A stretch of DNA of 20,000 nucleotides from Dehalococcoidia bacterium (GTDB taxonomy: Bacteria; Chloroflexota; Dehalococcoidia; Lucifugimonadales; VXLM01), in the NCBI GenBank assembly GCA_963662435.1, contig OY759598.1:4125413-4145412 (forward strand), in the 5' to 3' direction. Shown here in pieces: positions 17,694-20,000 of the stretch. Under the pieces are notes generated by a model. It was given only the letters and a program-made list of their open reading frames with translations. It made no database searches and had not been told where the DNA came from. Made by a program: the position numbers and the translations under genes. The stretch's first letter is position 1; each line of letters starts with the position of its first letter.

Positions 17694-17948
17694 ATGATTG
17701 CGAACGTGAAGGCAAAGTATTCCAACGGGGTGCTCACCCCGCTGGAGCCTCTGGACCTTGCAGAGGGCGCAGAGGTCACCGTATCTGTTGAGGAGGCCCG
17801 GTCGCCGCAGGGAGGACTGGCTGCCATTGTGGGAATGGTCGACGGATTGCGCGAATCCTATCCACCAGACATGTGGGACGGCCTACCTACCGACCTAGCC
17901 AAGAACAAGAAGCATTACCTCTACGGTCATCCAAAGGAACAAGATTGA
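17694..17948 (+). CDS. Antitoxin, AF2212/DUF104-like
   Basis: MIANVKAKYSNGVLTPLEPLDLAEGAEVTVSV; AGGAGG RBS; TGATG coupling to the PIN gene. Confidence 0.85.
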   Translation: MIANVKAKYSNGVLTPLEPLDLAEGAEVTVSVEEARSPQGGLAAIVGMVDGLRESYPPDMWDGLPTDLAKNKKHYLYGHPKEQD

Positions 17949-18376
17949 TGCAAAGACGGACGCTCTTTGCCGATTCAGGCTATTGGATAGCGATCATGTA
18001 CCCCGGCGACCAGTTGCATCAGCGGGCAAGGGAAATGGCGACTGACCTGTCTACCGTCCAGATCGTCACTACCCAAATGGTCCTCACTGAGGCGCTCAAC
18101 TTCATGTCAGACCTTGGCGAGTTCCGCCGACGATTCGCAGCACAGACGGTGCAGGGGCTGGAGGAGAATCCCGGCGTGGAGATAGTCCCTCAGACGGAAG
18201 CACAGTTCAGGGCAGCAGCTGAGTACTACGCGACCAGGAGTGACCAGCGCTGGAGTCTCACGGACTGCGCGAGTTTCCTTGTGATGGAGGATCGGGGACT
18301 AACCGAGGCACTCGCCTACGACCGGGACTTTGAGCAGGCCGGCTTCGTAGCCCTGCTGAGGGACGGTCAGGAATGA
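17948..18376 (+). CDS. PIN-domain (VapC-like) toxin
   Basis: LFADSG, VLTE, SLTDCASF, LAYDRDFEQAGF acidic PIN motifs. Confidence 0.9.
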   Translation: MQRRTLFADSGYWIAIMYPGDQLHQRAREMATDLSTVQIVTTQMVLTEALNFMSDLGEFRRRFAAQTVQGLEENPGVEIVPQTEAQFRAAAEYYATRSDQRWSLTDCASFLVMEDRGLTEALAYDRDFEQAGFVALLRDGQE

Positions 18377-18410
18377 TGCCAGCTCCCCACTCGGCTATCG
18401 GGGCGGCGCA

Positions 18411-18560
18411 TTGAACATCCTGCACGCCACTACTGCCCCGACCCTACTCGCACGTCTGAAAGAGATGTTGGGTAGCTCCGGCAAGGCAGACATCGCCGTC
18501 GGCTATCTCTTTATGAGTGGCTTCGAGGCAGTAGCCGACGATCTAGAGCGGCTGGGTAAG
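18411..18560 (+). pseudogene. N-terminal stub of a probable PLD-like/helicase fusion protein, cut by an IS end
   Basis: LLARLKEMLGSSGKADIAVGYLFMSGFEAV resembles the DIAVGYF start of PLD-domain helicases (recall); resemblance stops at the IS end 18561. Confidence 0.55.
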
Positions 18561-19270
18561 CCCGAACCCACAGATAGGGCAAGGTCTGTTGGAAAAGATG
18601 GGCAATGAGGCGCCAAGGGATGGAAGGGTCTGGTGATTCTCGCCGATGGGACGGCTGGCGAGCCTCGTTGGCGGTCGAGAGGGCGTTGCCCAGGCGGTCA
18701 GGGGCCGAGATTTGCACGATTTGACGGGTGGCGAGGCAAGTGTCGTCCCTCGCGGGCCATCTGGCGCGAGTCTGAGGGTCCGATACCTGGGTCCGGCGGC
18801 GCGGGGCCGTCAAGCAGAGAGTGGCAGGGTGCGCAGTTTGACCAGGACGCTATTCACCTGATCCTGCCAGGGCCAGTCCTTGGGAAGGTGCAGGATGATG
18901 CGGCGGGCCTTGCGGGTGATTCGCCAGCCAGGGAGAAGAAGCGCTGACGGAGGGTCTTGGTGGTGACCATCTGCTGGCCCAGCGCGATGCGCGCCGTCCA
19001 GCGAGCCAGGTTGTGGGCCATGACTTGGATGGCCAGCTAGGCGGCGTTGGCGGGGAAGCGGCCGGAGAGGAGATGGTTAAGCCCCACGCCGTAATTCAGG
19101 TCGCGGATGGCGTTCTCCACCTCGGCATGGCGACGGTGGTCAGCCTCCAGTTCCAGGGTGTCACTCGCTCTATCGGTGATGAAGCCGTGGTAGCTGTAGG
19201 TGTGGAAGAGGGCCAACTGGGAGCCGGGTGTGGGTTTCACCCGACGGACGATGAGACGCACCGGAGTGAG
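18561..19270 (-). mobile_element. IS1380-family remnant (3' part and probable right end)
   Basis: Transposase C-terminal fragment plus trailer ending ...GTGGGTTCGGG on the minus strand, exactly where the upstream stub breaks. Confidence 0.7.
18810..19270 (-). pseudogene. IS1380-family transposase C-terminal fragment
   Basis: PVRLIVRRV, FITDR, HRRHAEVENAIRDL, SGRFPANAA*LAIQVMAHNLARW, LHLPKDWPW; TAG 19037-19039 and a 1-bp frameshift near 18922. Confidence 0.85.
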
Positions 19271-19271
19271 C

Positions 19272-19967
19272 ATGACAGACCCGGAGTCGGTGACGGCAGA
19301 GGGTGTTCCGTGGAACGGGTGGGACGTCGTTCGCGCGTCCGGCCTCTTCGTAGCGGCGTCGGCCACGGCGGTCGTGCTCGCACTGTTGGAGCCCGGCCCG
19401 GCCCTGACCGCCGTGTCACTGGTGCTGCCCCACTCCAGCTTGTTGGCGGCGGTATGGATTTTCGGCGTCCGCAAGCACGGAGCTGGATGGCTGTCCCTGG
19501 GATTCGTGGCCCCGCCCCAGCCGCGGGGCCTGTTGCTGCCGTGGCTCGTTCTTCTCGAGAGCCTGGGGGCTTTGGTACTGTACGTTAGTACCGTGACTGC
19601 GCTCGGTCTCGATATGCTGGTCCCGCCGAGCCTTCCCCACGAGCTGCTAGGCGAGGGCGTCGCGAGGCTCCTGAGCATCGCCGGTATCGGTCTGGCAGGG
19701 CCGCTGATTGAGGAGGTCTTCTTCAGAGGCTTCCTGCTCGCCGCCCTAATCAAGCCCTTGGGCGCAGTCAGGGCCGCCGTGGTGACCTCGGCGGTATTCT
19801 CGGGGGCCCACGCCAGCGTCCCAGTCTTGATACCCTTATTCGTTACAGGGTTGCTGTTTTCGTGGCTGTACCTGAGGACAGGGTCGATTTGGCCGCCCTT
19901 CGCGGCTCACGCGGCCCAGAATCTCTTGGCCCTAGCGGTAACCCTGGCGGCTCTAGAGGAAACATAG
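19272..19967 (+). CDS. CPBP-family (CAAX/Abi) intramembrane metalloprotease
   Basis: EEVFFRG, FSGAH and HAAQN motifs; multiple TM helices; probable ATG 19272. Confidence 0.9.
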   Translation: MTDPESVTAEGVPWNGWDVVRASGLFVAASATAVVLALLEPGPALTAVSLVLPHSSLLAAVWIFGVRKHGAGWLSLGFVAPPQPRGLLLPWLVLLESLGALVLYVSTVTALGLDMLVPPSLPHELLGEGVARLLSIAGIGLAGPLIEEVFFRGFLLAALIKPLGAVRAAVVTSAVFSGAHASVPVLIPLFVTGLLFSWLYLRTGSIWPPFAAHAAQNLLALAVTLAALEET

Positions 19968-20000
19968 GGCGTACCCGATGATCAACCGGACCGCCATGAG

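Noticed and set aside
17332..17715. 127-aa minus-strand ORF and the 5' extension of ORF 17445..17948
   Set aside because: No recognisable family; the antitoxin start is fixed at 17694 by its RBS.
19978..20000. Possible start of the next gene (MINRTAM...)
   Set aside because: Too short at the window edge to call.

Overview
GC-rich bacterial window; the gene content is compatible with a Chloroflexota/Dehalococcoidia-like genome, but this is unverified. A polyamine operon on the minus strand (speD-speE-[decayed gnd]-second speD homolog-speB) sits between two accessory regions. The left region holds a secreted prepro-protein followed by a lipoprotein, a PAS-HisKA kinase cut by a decayed IS701-family element, a PD-(D/E)XK-like gene, several gene scraps, an intact IS110 recombinase, a vWA-PP2C-kinase (TerY-P-type) triad, two related membrane proteins, MscS and a DUF5678-like/retropepsin pair. 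The right region holds a tyrosine-recombinase remnant, a PIN toxin-antitoxin pair, a gene stub cut by an IS1380 remnant and a CPBP protease. Most notable: (i) an IS110 bridge RNA whose guide segments can be read against the element ends, with a near-matching empty target elsewhere in the window; (ii) two divergent SpeD paralogs, one coupled to speB and a candidate arginine decarboxylase; (iii) a possible secreted effector/immunity pair sharing a helical motif; (iv) a TerY-P variant with a tail-anchored atypical kinase. All family names come from motif recognition, not database searches.
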